IMG/VR virus record: IMGVR_UViG_3300022723_000207
Span: 64,001 to 128,000 of that record
Reading direction: 5' to 3' (one strand)
Length of the DNA stretch: 64,000 nt
DNA from: a virus
Below the pieces are notes generated by a model, which saw nothing but the letters and a program-made list of their open reading frames with translations, was not told the DNA's origin and did not search any database. Within the stretch, counting starts at the first letter, position 1, and every line of letters starts with the position of its first letter. The position numbers and the translations under genes were made by a program. Below are positions 33,147-43,961 of the stretch, piece by piece.

Positions 33147-33160
33147 CGTATTTAAGGTCT

Positions 33161-33727
33161 ATGATTTTCTTGGACCTAGATGGTGTATGCTGCGATTTTG
33201 TCGGGCATGTTCTTAACATGTGTGGCAAGACTGAGCAGGATTTATTAGATGAAATGGCTAAGGATGAATCAATGCATCCTTATGACGCGCTAGAGCAGAC
33301 TGTGGGCCGCAGCAAGAATTCCTTTTGGTCTTGGATTGAGATAATGGGTGAAGAGTTTTGGCACACCATGCCGCCATTCTGGTGGTTTAACGATTTATAT
33401 GATGGGTTAAATGAAGTATGCGATGTTCATTTTTTGACATCTGCCCCAAGGATGCCATCAGCATATGCTGGTAAGGCGTTATGGGTTGAGCGCAATGCTG
33501 GCAAAGAGGCTGTCAGTAAGTTGATTATATGTCCAGCCCATACCAAGCATGCTTTGGCTGGTCCTAATAGAATTTTGGTAGATGACACTGAGAGAAATAT
33601 TATAGAGTGGCGGGCTACTGGCCATCAGTGTTTTTATTTTCCATCTCTTCAATTTCACAAAAGGCATCCCACTAGGGATGACATTAAAGAAGCCATTTCG
33701 TTAGCAAAGGATGCAGTTCATGGATAA
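33161..33727 (+). CDS. HAD-family 5'(3')-deoxyribonucleotidase
   Basis: FLDLDGV, FLTS, K..W, LVDD. Confidence 0.8.
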   Translation: MIFLDLDGVCCDFVGHVLNMCGKTEQDLLDEMAKDESMHPYDALEQTVGRSKNSFWSWIEIMGEEFWHTMPPFWWFNDLYDGLNEVCDVHFLTSAPRMPSAYAGKALWVERNAGKEAVSKLIICPAHTKHALAGPNRILVDDTERNIIEWRATGHQCFYFPSLQFHKRHPTRDDIKEAISLAKDAVHG

Positions 33728-34052
33728 CTGGATTAAGGGATATAACGAGGTAGCTGATGGTGTGCACGAGACTGCCGTCGAAAAGGGTTGGTGGAATAAA
33801 GAGCGGAATGATGCTGAAGCTCTGATGTTGATGGTCACTGAACTGGCGGAAGCATGCGAAGCTATGAGGCATGGAAATCCGCCTGATGATAAAATTCCTC
33901 AGTTTAGTGGGGTAGAAGCTGAGTTGGCTGATACCATTATTAGGATTATGGACTTCGGCAAGGGTCGCAATTATGATATCGCTGGTGCTTTAGTCGCTAA
34001 GGTAGAATATAACAAGCTGCGGGAGAAGATGCATGGAGGGAAAAAGTTTTAA
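33711..34052 (+). CDS. MazG-like NTP pyrophosphohydrolase
   Basis: ELAEACEA, ELADTIIR..D, K..YN..R...HGGK. Confidence 0.8.
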   Translation: MQFMDNWIKGYNEVADGVHETAVEKGWWNKERNDAEALMLMVTELAEACEAMRHGNPPDDKIPQFSGVEAELADTIIRIMDFGKGRNYDIAGALVAKVEYNKLREKMHGGKKF

Positions 34053-34612
34053 AGATGAAAAAGTTCGCGTAGCGATATTGAGAATTAACAATAGATATTT
34101 TCGTAAAGTCATGGCGCATCCTGATGGTGCGATAGTTCATTTTGGTGATTGTAAATTCTATTCTACAAGCGGCGTATGCACCTGTGGTCTAATTCATGAT
34201 TTGATGTATTTGGGTCGTGATATAGCAAAATCGATTTATGAAAAATATGATGAAGATTTATACTTCCACGAGAGAAACTTAGATCTAATGTGATCTAGAA
34301 GGGGCATCAATTCTATCGAATGCAATCATATGTTCCCAAAAGCCACCTTTTAAATATGCTTCAATAGTTTTATCGTCGTTATAGCGGTAGATTTGATCGT
34401 GCTCTTGTGATAAAGCGTATTCTACTTGCCTAGCATTTAGATCTTTGTTGATTTTAGTGATTGTTTGTCTGCCGCCACTTTTGCGTACATGTCCACTACT
34501 CTTTTTGTAGTATATTATTTTGGGCCACTTAGGCTTGGTTGCCTTATCCAGCTCCATATTTTATATTTGAGAGGGTGGCATTAGATAAGTAATGATAATA
34601 AATATCAATGAA

Positions 34613-35569
34613 TCATTTTAAGAATTCTTCTAAGCGATCCCATTTTCGATTTAATAACTTGTATTTGTATGTTATTAGTATTTTGTATAGTTTTATAGCG
34701 TCAGATCCAGCAATTTCGTATGCGGCATAATACTTTGATCTTGGTTTTGTATAGATTTTGCGTGGTGGAATATTAAATTGTGTTATGCGTTCTCTAAGCC
34801 ATTCAATTAGTACTTGAGACCCACTGCATATTCTGACACGTGGAACTTTGCGTATTGTTTTGCGTGATTTTAGATTTAAGATGCCAATTGATCCATCTCC
34901 TTCTATGAATCCTATGAGAAATTGGCAAAATTGATCGTCAGATAAATGCTGTAGGTTTGATGTAATCTTGAATTCATATGTTTTGTTTGGAATTAAACCC
35001 CATGTTTCTAATTCCATGGCGACATGACGTGGAATCGATAAGTCTAATCTATTACAATTATTTTTCTTAACAACATGTATTTTTTGTTGCGGATAGATAA
35101 TATCTCTAAAGAATTCTAAAATATGATTGTCATTTCTGTGGACTGTTAATATTGCTGATACTCCTCTATTGCGGTTATCTCGGCGTTTGTGATATATGCA
35201 ACCATCAGCCAACATCCATCCAAGCCAGTAGAAAAACAGCTGTTGTTTAACATTAATAAAAGACCAGTCGCCTTTATTTTGTGGTGCTGTAATGGTGCTT
35301 ATGCCATTTCTTTTCAATAATTCTGACATTCCCGTAATTGAATATCCATGTTCAGAAGCTAGTTTTGTAACGGAGATTCCTTCATTGAATTGCTTAAGTA
35401 TTTTATCTAAAGAACCGGTTTTAATGTGCGAGGAAGAATTGGATCTACATGATACTCCCATTTTGTGTAAGTGCTTATAAATGACCGGTGGTGTAACATG
35501 TGAAAGGCGTGCTATGGCATACGCTGACAATCCATTATTGTATGCTTCTATCCACTCGGCTTTATTCAT
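34613..35569 (-). CDS. Free-standing LAGLIDADG homing endonuclease with N-terminal HTHs
   Basis: WLGWMLADG and FLIGFIEGDG. Confidence 0.85.
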   Translation of the reverse strand: MNKAEWIEAYNNGLSAYAIARLSHVTPPVIYKHLHKMGVSCRSNSSSHIKTGSLDKILKQFNEGISVTKLASEHGYSITGMSELLKRNGISTITAPQNKGDWSFINVKQQLFFYWLGWMLADGCIYHKRRDNRNRGVSAILTVHRNDNHILEFFRDIIYPQQKIHVVKKNNCNRLDLSIPRHVAMELETWGLIPNKTYEFKITSNLQHLSDDQFCQFLIGFIEGDGSIGILNLKSRKTIRKVPRVRICSGSQVLIEWLRERITQFNIPPRKIYTKPRSKYYAAYEIAGSDAIKLYKILITYKYKLLNRKWDRLEEFLK

Positions 35570-35595
35570 ATATTATTTTGATGGAGGTGTGTTGC

Positions 35596-36312
35596 ATGGG
35601 AAACGGATTTCAAATATGCATAGAAGGTTGTGATGGCAGTGGCAAAAGTGCAATAGTAATTGAATTGGCAAAATGGATAGCCAATGAGATTGGTATTAAG
35701 ACAATCAATACTAGACACCCTGGATCTACCTTGCTTGGTGCAGAGTTACGACGAATCATAGCTGATCGAGAACTTGGTGTTGATCATCAAGCGCGAGCTT
35801 TGTTATTTGCTGCGGATAATGCAGCATATATTTCAACAATTTTGATACCAAAAATGAAAGACGATTATTGTGTGGTTGCAGATCGCAACAATTTTATAAG
35901 TAGCTTCGCTTATCAAATTGCTGATGGGTGTTCATTAGATATTCTTAAAAAAATTCATAGTGCTACTTACAATCTTGATTTGGTACCAAAAATAGACATT
36001 CTGTTTATTCTTCGTGTATCTTATGAGACTGCCGTAAATAGACGAGAAGAAAGATCGTCAATTGAAAAGGCTGAACATTTTGAGAAAAAAATGATGTCTC
36101 ATAGTTTTTTTAATAGGGTTTCTTGTGCTTATGATGATTTACCGAACCACTTAGAATGGCTTTTAAAATTTGTTAAGGCTAAAGGTGATACCCCACATAT
36201 TGTGTATATTGATGCTAATAGAACATTTGATATTGTGTTGCATGATGTTAAAGAGGCAATTAGACCATTATTGAAGAACTTAATAAACACGGGACGGCCT
36301 GATGGCAGCTGA
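35596..36312 (+). CDS. tmk: Thymidylate kinase
   Basis: IEGCDGSGKS, RHPG, LLFAAD, DR..SS.AYQ. Confidence 0.85.
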   Translation: MGNGFQICIEGCDGSGKSAIVIELAKWIANEIGIKTINTRHPGSTLLGAELRRIIADRELGVDHQARALLFAADNAAYISTILIPKMKDDYCVVADRNNFISSFAYQIADGCSLDILKKIHSATYNLDLVPKIDILFILRVSYETAVNRREERSSIEKAEHFEKKMMSHSFFNRVSCAYDDLPNHLEWLLKFVKAKGDTPHIVYIDANRTFDIVLHDVKEAIRPLLKNLINTGRPDGS

Positions 36313-36970
36313 AATTTTAGGTAAAATCAATAAAGAGTTATCAGAAGAAAACTCTAAGTTACAAAACAGAAATGATAAACTTGAGATAGAAAATGAAGAA
36401 TTGAGAATCTTATTGGCAGAGTTTGGTGATGGTAAAGTCATACCATTAACTAAAACAGATCCTGTCAGGCAGATTGCAGCCCTAAGACATAGAATAAAAT
36501 CTCTTGAAGATAGACTTTCGAAATATGAAAGTGTTACTGCCACTGAAAAATATGGCAGTATTAAGAATCATCATCTAACAGATTTAATTAATAGAATCAA
36601 TAAACGTAAAGAAGAAGTATTGAATTCAAAATCAGAGCCAGAACTGGAATTTGAGCTAAATCGAGAAGATGAGGTTACAGCAGAACCCAAAGAAGAGACG
36701 AATTCTTATAGGCCACAAGATGCCACTCAGAAAATTGATCGACCACTTGAACCGAAAAGAAGGATGAAAGCGGAAGAAGTGTTAGATATTATTTGTGACT
36801 TTGTTGATGGGAAAAAGCCAATGCACCGTGCGCAGATAATGGATGGGACTGGGCTGTCAGAAAGTCAAGTTAGTAAGACCATAAATAAGTACCCAGATTT
36901 ATTTAATGGTGAAAAAGATCCTAAGAATCGAAGGAGAATATTATATAAATACGTAGGCCCAGTATCTTAA
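36302..36970 (+). CDS. Coiled-coil protein with a C-terminal winged HTH
   Basis: Heptad repeats; RAQIMDGTGLSESQVSKTI. Confidence 0.5.
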   Translation: MAAEILGKINKELSEENSKLQNRNDKLEIENEELRILLAEFGDGKVIPLTKTDPVRQIAALRHRIKSLEDRLSKYESVTATEKYGSIKNHHLTDLINRINKRKEEVLNSKSEPELEFELNREDEVTAEPKEETNSYRPQDATQKIDRPLEPKRRMKAEEVLDIICDFVDGKKPMHRAQIMDGTGLSESQVSKTINKYPDLFNGEKDPKNRRRILYKYVGPVS

Positions 36971-37015
36971 TAGAATGCTTGGTTCAAATATATTACAAGA
37001 ACCAAGGAGAATAAT

Positions 37016-37597
37016 ATGGCTAATATTGGACAAATGGTTGGTAACTCGATCAATGCTTTACCGCTTGATCGCATGTTTAAAGCCCCAGCTTTGGCCATGG
37101 CCGATACTCAGAAGCAATTGTCTTATAATTATATGGAATGGGTCAAGGCAGTTGGTCTTGATGAAAATGGCAATGTTGTGATGGTCACTGCTGAATATGA
37201 CGAAGATATAGTTGATGAGCAAGGTAATGTCACAAATACTGTTAAAAAGAAACTGGCTGTCCCTTTACTTTCCATTTTGACTCATCCTAATGTTAATGTT
37301 CAAGAGGGTAGTGTTGAATTTGAAATGACTATCCAATCTTCTGAAGAATCTACTTCAGAATCTGAAGCAGAGGGTAGTTTTCAAGCTAAAGCTGGCTGGG
37401 GTCCGTTCTCAGTTAAGATTTCTGGTCGTGCTAGTCATAAGTCTTCTCAGACACGTAAAACTGATACTCGCGCTCGTTATGCTGTTAATATGAAGATCGC
37501 TAAAGATGATGCCCCAGAAGGTATGATGCAATTTATGGAAATGATTCAACAGGCTGTGACTCAGCCAAAAGTTGCTGCATCTGCTCCTAGTAACTAA
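37016..37597 (+). CDS. DUF2589-family protein
   Basis: LPL...F.AP..A....Q, VPLLSI, VEFEM. Confidence 0.7.
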   Translation: MANIGQMVGNSINALPLDRMFKAPALAMADTQKQLSYNYMEWVKAVGLDENGNVVMVTAEYDEDIVDEQGNVTNTVKKKLAVPLLSILTHPNVNVQEGSVEFEMTIQSSEESTSESEAEGSFQAKAGWGPFSVKISGRASHKSSQTRKTDTRARYAVNMKIAKDDAPEGMMQFMEMIQQAVTQPKVAASAPSN

Positions 37598-37600
37598 TGC

Positions 37601-38392
37601 ATGAGTATTTTTAACCCTCTGACTTGGTTTGGTAAGAAGAAACCCAAGTCAGAGGGCTCTTCAGTTAAATGTGAAACTCCAGATGCTACAGATAATGCAT
37701 ATCTTGAAAAACGCCCTTCTAAATCAAGTGGAGAGGGGCAGACTTTATCTGATATTGTTCGTGGTATAGCACATGCAGCAGGTGCAGCCAATGAAATCCA
37801 AGATAGACAGTTTATTCAGCAAGTTGATCATTATTTTCATAAAGAAGAAGATGGTACTTTAGTTCCTAAAGTTGTCCGTTGTAAAATTGATGACACCACA
37901 TATATCGAAGTTCCGTTGATATCCATGATTGATCCTTCTACCTTAGGGCTAGAAGAAATGGATGTCAGAATGGGAGTTAGACTGTCTCGGTCTGAAATTA
38001 AAAAGCATCTTCATGACGCTAATAAAGAAAAAGAAGTATCACGATGTAGTTTTAATGTTTCTTTAACTAGCTCTAAGCCAGGTGATCGTCAAGATGTTAT
38101 TGATGTGACGATGAAATTTAAGAAGACTGAGCCAGCTGAGGGATCTGCTCGATTAGTCGAAGAGATGAATGGATTGGTTCATCCCCATAAATATGGTGAA
38201 GACACGTCTGAACCTAGCCAATATACTAATGTATTTACATCACGTCAGGTGAGGGCCTCTATTGATAATGGCGGGTCTGATAGTTTTGAACCACATGACC
38301 ATAATTTAGATGATTCAGACGAAGGTTTAAAACCTAAGTCGTCTGATTCCCCATCATCAGAATCATCTGAATCAGATGAATCCTCTTCATAA
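37601..38392 (+). CDS. DUF2589-family protein (second of the pair)
   Basis: L.DIVRGI..A, EVPLISM.DP..L, EG..RL.E. Confidence 0.65.
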   Translation: MSIFNPLTWFGKKKPKSEGSSVKCETPDATDNAYLEKRPSKSSGEGQTLSDIVRGIAHAAGAANEIQDRQFIQQVDHYFHKEEDGTLVPKVVRCKIDDTTYIEVPLISMIDPSTLGLEEMDVRMGVRLSRSEIKKHLHDANKEKEVSRCSFNVSLTSSKPGDRQDVIDVTMKFKKTEPAEGSARLVEEMNGLVHPHKYGEDTSEPSQYTNVFTSRQVRASIDNGGSDSFEPHDHNLDDSDEGLKPKSSDSPSSESSESDESSS

Positions 38393-39182
38393 AATATAAG
38401 ATATGTTAAAGATTGAAAGAATCATAACTGACAATTCTTTCAGTTATGATGATGTTGAATTTATGGATTTCGATGAAGATCAGAAAGCTGCTGGTATTGG
38501 AAAGTATATTACTGATAAGTTTCTTAAGCAGATTGTTATTCGCACCAAGGATGGCGAGACTAAAATTATTACGGACTGGATGGTGGGGGTCCTGCAAATT
38601 CGAAAGATGAAAGCTAGAACCGGTCTTGAAAAGGTGACTAGATTAGTCATCAACGGTGAGATATCTTATGGCCCAGTATTTTTAATACCTATATCGTCTT
38701 ACAAAAGATTGGAAGTACCAAGAGTATTTGAACATCAACTGTCTTTTATTGCAGATGGTTGGTTATATGTGTGTCACCAAGTATCGCTTATCGAAATAAC
38801 TATGTAGCGTATTTTATCTCTACTAGGAGATAAAAATGATCGCAGAACCACAGCGTAAAACAGCGCGTTTGAGCAATATTGCTGAAAATGCCAAAAAGGC
38901 TAAGCAATTTCAGCGTACAGATTATGGTGGTAAAAATCAAATCGAAGCATTATATCAATTTATTGAAGAAGAAGTGGAGTCTAAGGGCGGCAAGCTAGGT
39001 CAAAATACTAAATATTTGGTGGCTAAAGCGTTGCAAAAGCTAGCTGCTAAACAAGTTGCCTCTTGCCGTAAGCGAACTGATGGCCCCCTTAATGAGATTA
39101 TCCGCTTAGCAGGTGGCTGACATAATTTACTAACAATTGTTTTTTTGTATAAACTGATTTAGACGTATTGAAGGAGCGCAGT

Positions 39183-40742
39183 ATGACAACTGCATTGGTT
39201 CAGTCGCTTGTGTATCTTGATAATGGCCAATTGAAAATTGTGCCGGATGCTAAGAAGGCTGTTAAAAAGGCAGTTCTAGCATTCTTGGATATGTCCAGTA
39301 CGGCTACTGGACAGAAGACTCATTACAATAAGCGGTCCGAACAAATCGCAGCCATGGAAGATATTCATAACGCTGTGTTTGAGGTCAATCGTGGATTGTA
39401 CCTCGCCATGCTGGCTTTACCTGGTGTATTGGATATTTCCATCCAGCAAGGTATCACCCGTCTTCTTGGTGACAAGAATGGCGCATCACTTCTATCTTCC
39501 AACGAAGAAGCGGAGCTGATCAAGATTTTGTCTGGTCGTTTGAAGGCTGACCGTCTTTTGAAGATGCTGGGCATGATCTGTGACCAGAAGATTAACCGCC
39601 GTAGCGTTAGGACTTTTATTCTTGTGTCTGTTCTGGCGCACAGGAATCTGCCTTGGTGGGCTGTTAAGTATCGCCGCCATTTGCTGAAGGCTCTCAAGCA
39701 TGCTTGGGGTTCTAAGTACGCTATGGTTGTAGCGCGTGTTCTGGCTGGTGGTATTGACAATGCTACCGCTCGTGATGCAGCGTTGGTTCGCAAGCTAGTT
39801 GATCGTTATGCTGTTCATTCTTCTTGTCCGAAGAGTGATATCTATGAGTCAATCTGCTATGTTTTCGGCAAGGATATTCCGTTCAAGAATGATGTGCTGA
39901 AGGCGCGGGTGGCCGCTCGTGATGACCTGTCTGCTGGTAAGGTTCTTCCTAAGGAAGTACTTGAAGGTATTCGTGGGCGTTTCCATAAGCGGGTAAGTAA
40001 GGATCGCATTCTTGAGTTGACTAAGGACACGATGACTGATAAGCAGAAGCTGCGTAGCCAGCGGTCTGCCAAGAAGGCTGAAGTCGAGATGAAGTTTGAT
40101 GCTTCTAAGCTCGATGCGGTTTCTTTATATGTCCATGCTCTAGAAGAGGGTATGGATGAGGATTCTCGTGCTGCTCTTGATGAAAAGGCTTCTCGGGTTG
40201 CTAGTGGTTTTCCCTTGCGGTATCAGAAGGCGTCGATTGTACTCGATACTTCACTCTCTATGTCTGGAACTGATCACAATAAGAATCGCCCTCTGGCGAT
40301 TTCCTTGGCAATGAAAGACGTACTTGTTGAGGCCAGTGATTCCAGCGAAGTGTTCTGCACTGAAGGGGAGCTTGACCGCAAGGGGCTTATTAAAGCTTCT
40401 GGTGACACCTCTCTTGCTAAGGCTGTGGCCAAAGCATTTATGACTGAACCAGATGTTGTGTTCTTGATTACCGATGGGTATGAGAATGCTCCTGCTGGTC
40501 GCGTCCATGAAGTCATTTCTGCAGCGCGTAGGCTGGGTATCGAAACTCCAGTTTATCAGTTCAGCCCGGTCATGGCTTCAGAAGCTGCTGGTATTCGTAG
40601 TCTTTCTGATCATGTGTCGGCCTTGCCTGTCTCCACACCAGAAGGTATTGGACTGTCATTAATTCGTGTGGCTATTGAGCAGGATACAGAGCGTGGTCTA
40701 CAAGCTCTGTTGAATGCAACTGTACCGCGTTTGTCGGCTTAA
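39183..40742 (+). CDS. Ro60/TROVE-like protein: helical domain plus C-terminal vWA
   Basis: MIDAS motifs VLDTSLSM, GDT, ITDGYEN after a ~350-aa basic helical region; Ro60-like size and layout; Y-like RNAs downstream. Confidence 0.6.
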   Translation: MTTALVQSLVYLDNGQLKIVPDAKKAVKKAVLAFLDMSSTATGQKTHYNKRSEQIAAMEDIHNAVFEVNRGLYLAMLALPGVLDISIQQGITRLLGDKNGASLLSSNEEAELIKILSGRLKADRLLKMLGMICDQKINRRSVRTFILVSVLAHRNLPWWAVKYRRHLLKALKHAWGSKYAMVVARVLAGGIDNATARDAALVRKLVDRYAVHSSCPKSDIYESICYVFGKDIPFKNDVLKARVAARDDLSAGKVLPKEVLEGIRGRFHKRVSKDRILELTKDTMTDKQKLRSQRSAKKAEVEMKFDASKLDAVSLYVHALEEGMDEDSRAALDEKASRVASGFPLRYQKASIVLDTSLSMSGTDHNKNRPLAISLAMKDVLVEASDSSEVFCTEGELDRKGLIKASGDTSLAKAVAKAFMTEPDVVFLITDGYENAPAGRVHEVISAARRLGIETPVYQFSPVMASEAAGIRSLSDHVSALPVSTPEGIGLSLIRVAIEQDTERGLQALLNATVPRLSA

Positions 40743-40752
40743 GGAGGTTGAC

Positions 40753-41772
40753 ATGGCTAAAATCGCAATCTCTAACATCATCCGTGGCTGTCGCCCCGGT
40801 CGTATTCAGTCAGTTGGTTATATGCAGGTTATTCCGCTCATTAGCGATATGACTGATGACCGTTTCGTATCTCCTGAGCAGGGATCTGAGATCTCCACTA
40901 GTGATTATGGATCAATGGTATTCAAGAATAAGACCCAGAATATCATGATTGTTCCATCTGAAGCAACGTATGTCCATAAGGGTCAGAAAGCCCAGGACCA
41001 TGCGATGACTCATGCTGGTTTGGTGAAGAAGAAGGCTCAGAAGACCTTTAGAACTGCGGCTTGCGTGCAGCAGTCACAGGGTGGATATTTGAACATTAAG
41101 GATAGTGGCCACATGTCTATCCTTCCGTTCCCACTTCGTGAGGAAGCCGCTAAGGTTCGTCAGAAGTCTGAATATAGTAAACTCTGGCCAGCCATCACCA
41201 AGCTGAACCAGGAGATGGGGCTTCGTAGTTACGGCCATCTTGAGTACTTCTATGATCACTTCCGTAAGGAATTAGATCACTTCGTAGCTGAGTTCGAGCT
41301 TGTCTCTAATCAGATTGGTGCAATAGTTCTTATCAATGGCAAAATTGTTGGTATTGAGCGCACCCCCAACTACGAATATTGGAAGTCAATCTGGCCAGCT
41401 CTTATTCGTGAGTGCTATGGTAGCTTGGCTATTATTGAGTCTAAGAAGGGGCCACCTAAGGTTCCGGACACTCGTGTTGAGATGTCTGAAGTAAACTCGT
41501 TGCAAGATCTACTTGATGCCGTGGAAGATGTTGAACAGCGTGAGTATGAGAAAGTGAAGAGTGTGGTTCAGAGTGTTTGCGAGACAGAGATCGCTAAGAC
41601 TAAGATTTCTGGCGAAGATGAAGACGGATTCCAGGTTGATTCGCTGAAAAGTGATCGATTTGTTGGTCAGGCTGTTCGTGAAGATGAAAAGATTTTGTAT
41701 GCTTCCATTGTCTGCACTCAAAAGTTCCGCAAGAATGAAGACTGGTACAGCGCTGAACAGTTCAGTATGTAA
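40753..41772 (+). CDS. ARPP-like domain protein, partner of the vWA protein
   Basis: AQDHA, CVQQSQGG, LW..I, F...F....Q.GA...ING...G.E pattern; RBS AAGGAGG overlaps the upstream stop codon. Confidence 0.55.
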   Translation: MAKIAISNIIRGCRPGRIQSVGYMQVIPLISDMTDDRFVSPEQGSEISTSDYGSMVFKNKTQNIMIVPSEATYVHKGQKAQDHAMTHAGLVKKKAQKTFRTAACVQQSQGGYLNIKDSGHMSILPFPLREEAAKVRQKSEYSKLWPAITKLNQEMGLRSYGHLEYFYDHFRKELDHFVAEFELVSNQIGAIVLINGKIVGIERTPNYEYWKSIWPALIRECYGSLAIIESKKGPPKVPDTRVEMSEVNSLQDLLDAVEDVEQREYEKVKSVVQSVCETEIAKTKISGEDEDGFQVDSLKSDRFVGQAVREDEKILYASIVCTQKFRKNEDWYSAEQFSM

Positions 41773-42157
41773 TGAGTAATAAGATTCTATCATACCTGGA
41801 GGAGTGCAATCCTGAGGCCTATCATGGACGGACTCAAGGATGCGCTGGTAGGCACTAGTTTAAACAATCATGGCAACGAGGTGGCAGCATATAGTTATGT
41901 CAAGATTATTCAGGTCCATATCGCTAATGGAATGTCTCAGGAGGAGGCTCAGGAGTGGCATAGCTACAACACTGAGCGTGCATTGCTGTATATTCCCAAG
42001 GAAAATCGTCCGATCGTCGTATTTGACGATTTTCCTTGGGAATGAGGGTGGCGGTGGATAAATAGAACTGGAGTTGAGGGTTTGGGATGACTTCCTAGAA
42101 GCATCATACTCATATGGCGGGCTTTTGGAGCCAGTTATTAAATGAAGTAAATAACAC

Positions 42158-43000
42158 ATGCAATTGATATTGAATAGGAATGACCAGTTCTTATCGCAGG
42201 GATATCATTCTCTTAAGAGAACTCTTGAGCAGAGTGGAGAATTTAAAATTGCTAAAGCGCCGTTATTCACTATTCCAGCTAAATATCATCGGAAGGAAGA
42301 AGGCTTTAGTATAGCCAAGGTCAATGGCATATTAATTGCATTTGATGCCAATGGTGGATGTTATAATATTGAATCTATGTATCGTGATGGATTGTTTAAG
42401 ACTGCACTTAAAGATTTGAAATTTATTATTAAAACTCAATTTCATCCGCATCGATTTTGGATTAAATTCGAAGAAGAGACTGGTATTAAGGTGATATCGT
42501 GGATCATGTGGAGTACCCTTAATTTTCCTATGGGATGTTTTCAGTGGGACCCAAGTCGAGATTTTAAGTATATCGCTTCTTGTGCTGGTGGGCCTAACAG
42601 CAATAGAAGATGGGGTAGACCGCCGTATATTCAGTGGTGTCAGCGCGATGGATCGTTTCATAGCCAACGTGTTCATGTTTCTGAATTTGCTCAAATAATT
42701 GAAGAATGCAAATGGGGGTTGATTTTGCAGGGTGGCAATAAACACAATTGTGACGGTAAGAATACTAGAGAAGTCGAGTTCGCTTCATGTGGCATGCCAT
42801 TAGTTTTGAACTATATTCCACACTATGAATATCCATTTGTCCCTAATAAACATTTTTTGTATTTAGAAAAGCCAAATGATCTTGAAAGGCTCAAAACTGA
42901 AGATCCCAGACCCTATGCACGTGCTTCGAAAGAGTTATGGGAGAATTATCTCAAACCACAAGCAGCAGCTAAGCACTTAAAGGGGCTAATTGGTGTCTAA
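42158..43000 (+). CDS. Glycosyltransferase-like protein (GT-B C-terminal motif)
   Basis: KNTREVEFASCGMP..NY; paralog of 53274..54104. Confidence 0.55.
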   Translation: MQLILNRNDQFLSQGYHSLKRTLEQSGEFKIAKAPLFTIPAKYHRKEEGFSIAKVNGILIAFDANGGCYNIESMYRDGLFKTALKDLKFIIKTQFHPHRFWIKFEEETGIKVISWIMWSTLNFPMGCFQWDPSRDFKYIASCAGGPNSNRRWGRPPYIQWCQRDGSFHSQRVHVSEFAQIIEECKWGLILQGGNKHNCDGKNTREVEFASCGMPLVLNYIPHYEYPFVPNKHFLYLEKPNDLERLKTEDPRPYARASKELWENYLKPQAAAKHLKGLIGV

Positions 43001-43508
43001 AGTTTTTGGTATTGGTCTTCCTCGCACTGGTACGGCTAGTTTATGCGAAGCTTTGGTGATATTGGGATACCATGCTAGGCATTATCCTAAATATGCTGAT
43101 AGAGCTAAGCGATTTGATGCTTTGGTTGATACCCCTATATGTAATTGTTTTGAAAACCTGGATAAGGAATATCCGGGGTCTAAATTTATACTCACGATGC
43201 GTAATCCGCTTAAGTGGCTTAAATCGTGTGAAAATGCTTCAAAAAGATTCAAATGGCATAATCTCAAACCTGATGGAAGATGTGGTCCTGAAGTATATCA
43301 GGCTCACATTGACTTGTTTGGCACTACTGCATATGATCAGAATGGATTCTTAGAAGGGTATTTTAAACATACTAAAAGAGTACTTGAATATTTTATGGCC
43401 AGAGAAGATTGGTTGATTTATGAAGTTAGCGAGGGGTGGGCACCTATTTGTGAATTTTTGGGCAAGCCGATACCTAAAGAGCCATTTCCTCATCGCAATA
43501 AGAGCTAG
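42990..43508 (+). CDS. Sulfotransferase-family protein
   Basis: GIGLPRTGT.SL..AL, KFILT.R...W..S, GW.P.CEFL, FPH.N. Confidence 0.8.
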   Translation: MVSKVFGIGLPRTGTASLCEALVILGYHARHYPKYADRAKRFDALVDTPICNCFENLDKEYPGSKFILTMRNPLKWLKSCENASKRFKWHNLKPDGRCGPEVYQAHIDLFGTTAYDQNGFLEGYFKHTKRVLEYFMAREDWLIYEVSEGWAPICEFLGKPIPKEPFPHRNKS

Positions 43509-43514
43509 AAATAC

Positions 43515-43543
43515 TTGACAGAACATTCCCGGATGATAAAAAT
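43515..43543 (+). promoter_or_regulatory. Sigma70-type promoter for the ncRNA array
   Basis: TTGACA-N16-TAAAAA with an extended TG, immediately before unit 0. Confidence 0.55.
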
Positions 43544-43619
43544 GAGATAACTGGAACGCGCAAGTTAATCCCGGTCTGGATTTGACTAACACTTTAACCT
43601 GCAATCATCCAGTTATTCT
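43544..43619 (+). ncRNA. Y-RNA-like unit 0 (conserved stem, no tRNA module)
   Basis: ATAACTGGA/TCCAGTTAT closing stem; GGAAC-N6-GTTAATCCCG ... TTAACC-N7-ATCC. Confidence 0.7.
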
Positions 43620-43772
43620 TTGGCAATCAATAGCAGCAGAAACTAGGACGTCATTTCCGAATTAGCTCACTAGGTAGAGCATCAGTCTAGTAAACTGAGG
43701 GTAGTGGGTTCAATCCCCACATTCGCACCAAACACTGACCTCCATTCATTCTGCTGCGATTAATTGCCAAAG
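43618..43772 (+). ncRNA. Y-RNA-like unit 1 with a non-permuted tRNA-like body (anticodon AGT)
   Basis: Closing stems CTTTGGCAAT/ATTGCCAAAG and GCAGCAGAA/TTCTGCTGC; cloverleaf at 43658-43730 ending ACCA. Confidence 0.75.
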
Positions 43773-43803
43773 CAACATTGACAATTTTATATAAGCTGCC
43801 AAC

Positions 43804-43960
43804 GATTTGCAACAAAGCAAAATCAGGAACTTGAGCGTTAATTCCGATAATTAGCTCTCTGGTAGAGCAATTGCATGCAAAGCAATGGGTACAGGTTCAA
43901 TTCCTGTATTATCACCAAAATTTAACCCTCGTCTATCCTGATTTTACTTTGTTGCAAATC
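43804..43960 (+). ncRNA. Y-RNA-like unit 2 with a non-permuted tRNA-like body (anticodon GCA)
   Basis: ~25-bp closing stem; conserved motif; cloverleaf at 43846-43917 ending ACCA. Confidence 0.78.
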
Positions 43961-43961
43961 A

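Noticed and set aside
43658-43917. Ordinary tRNA-Thr(AGT) and tRNA-Cys(GCA) genes
   Set aside because: Acceptor stems pair only 5-6 bp, the 5' ends are fused to the handle motif, and both sit inside long closing stems
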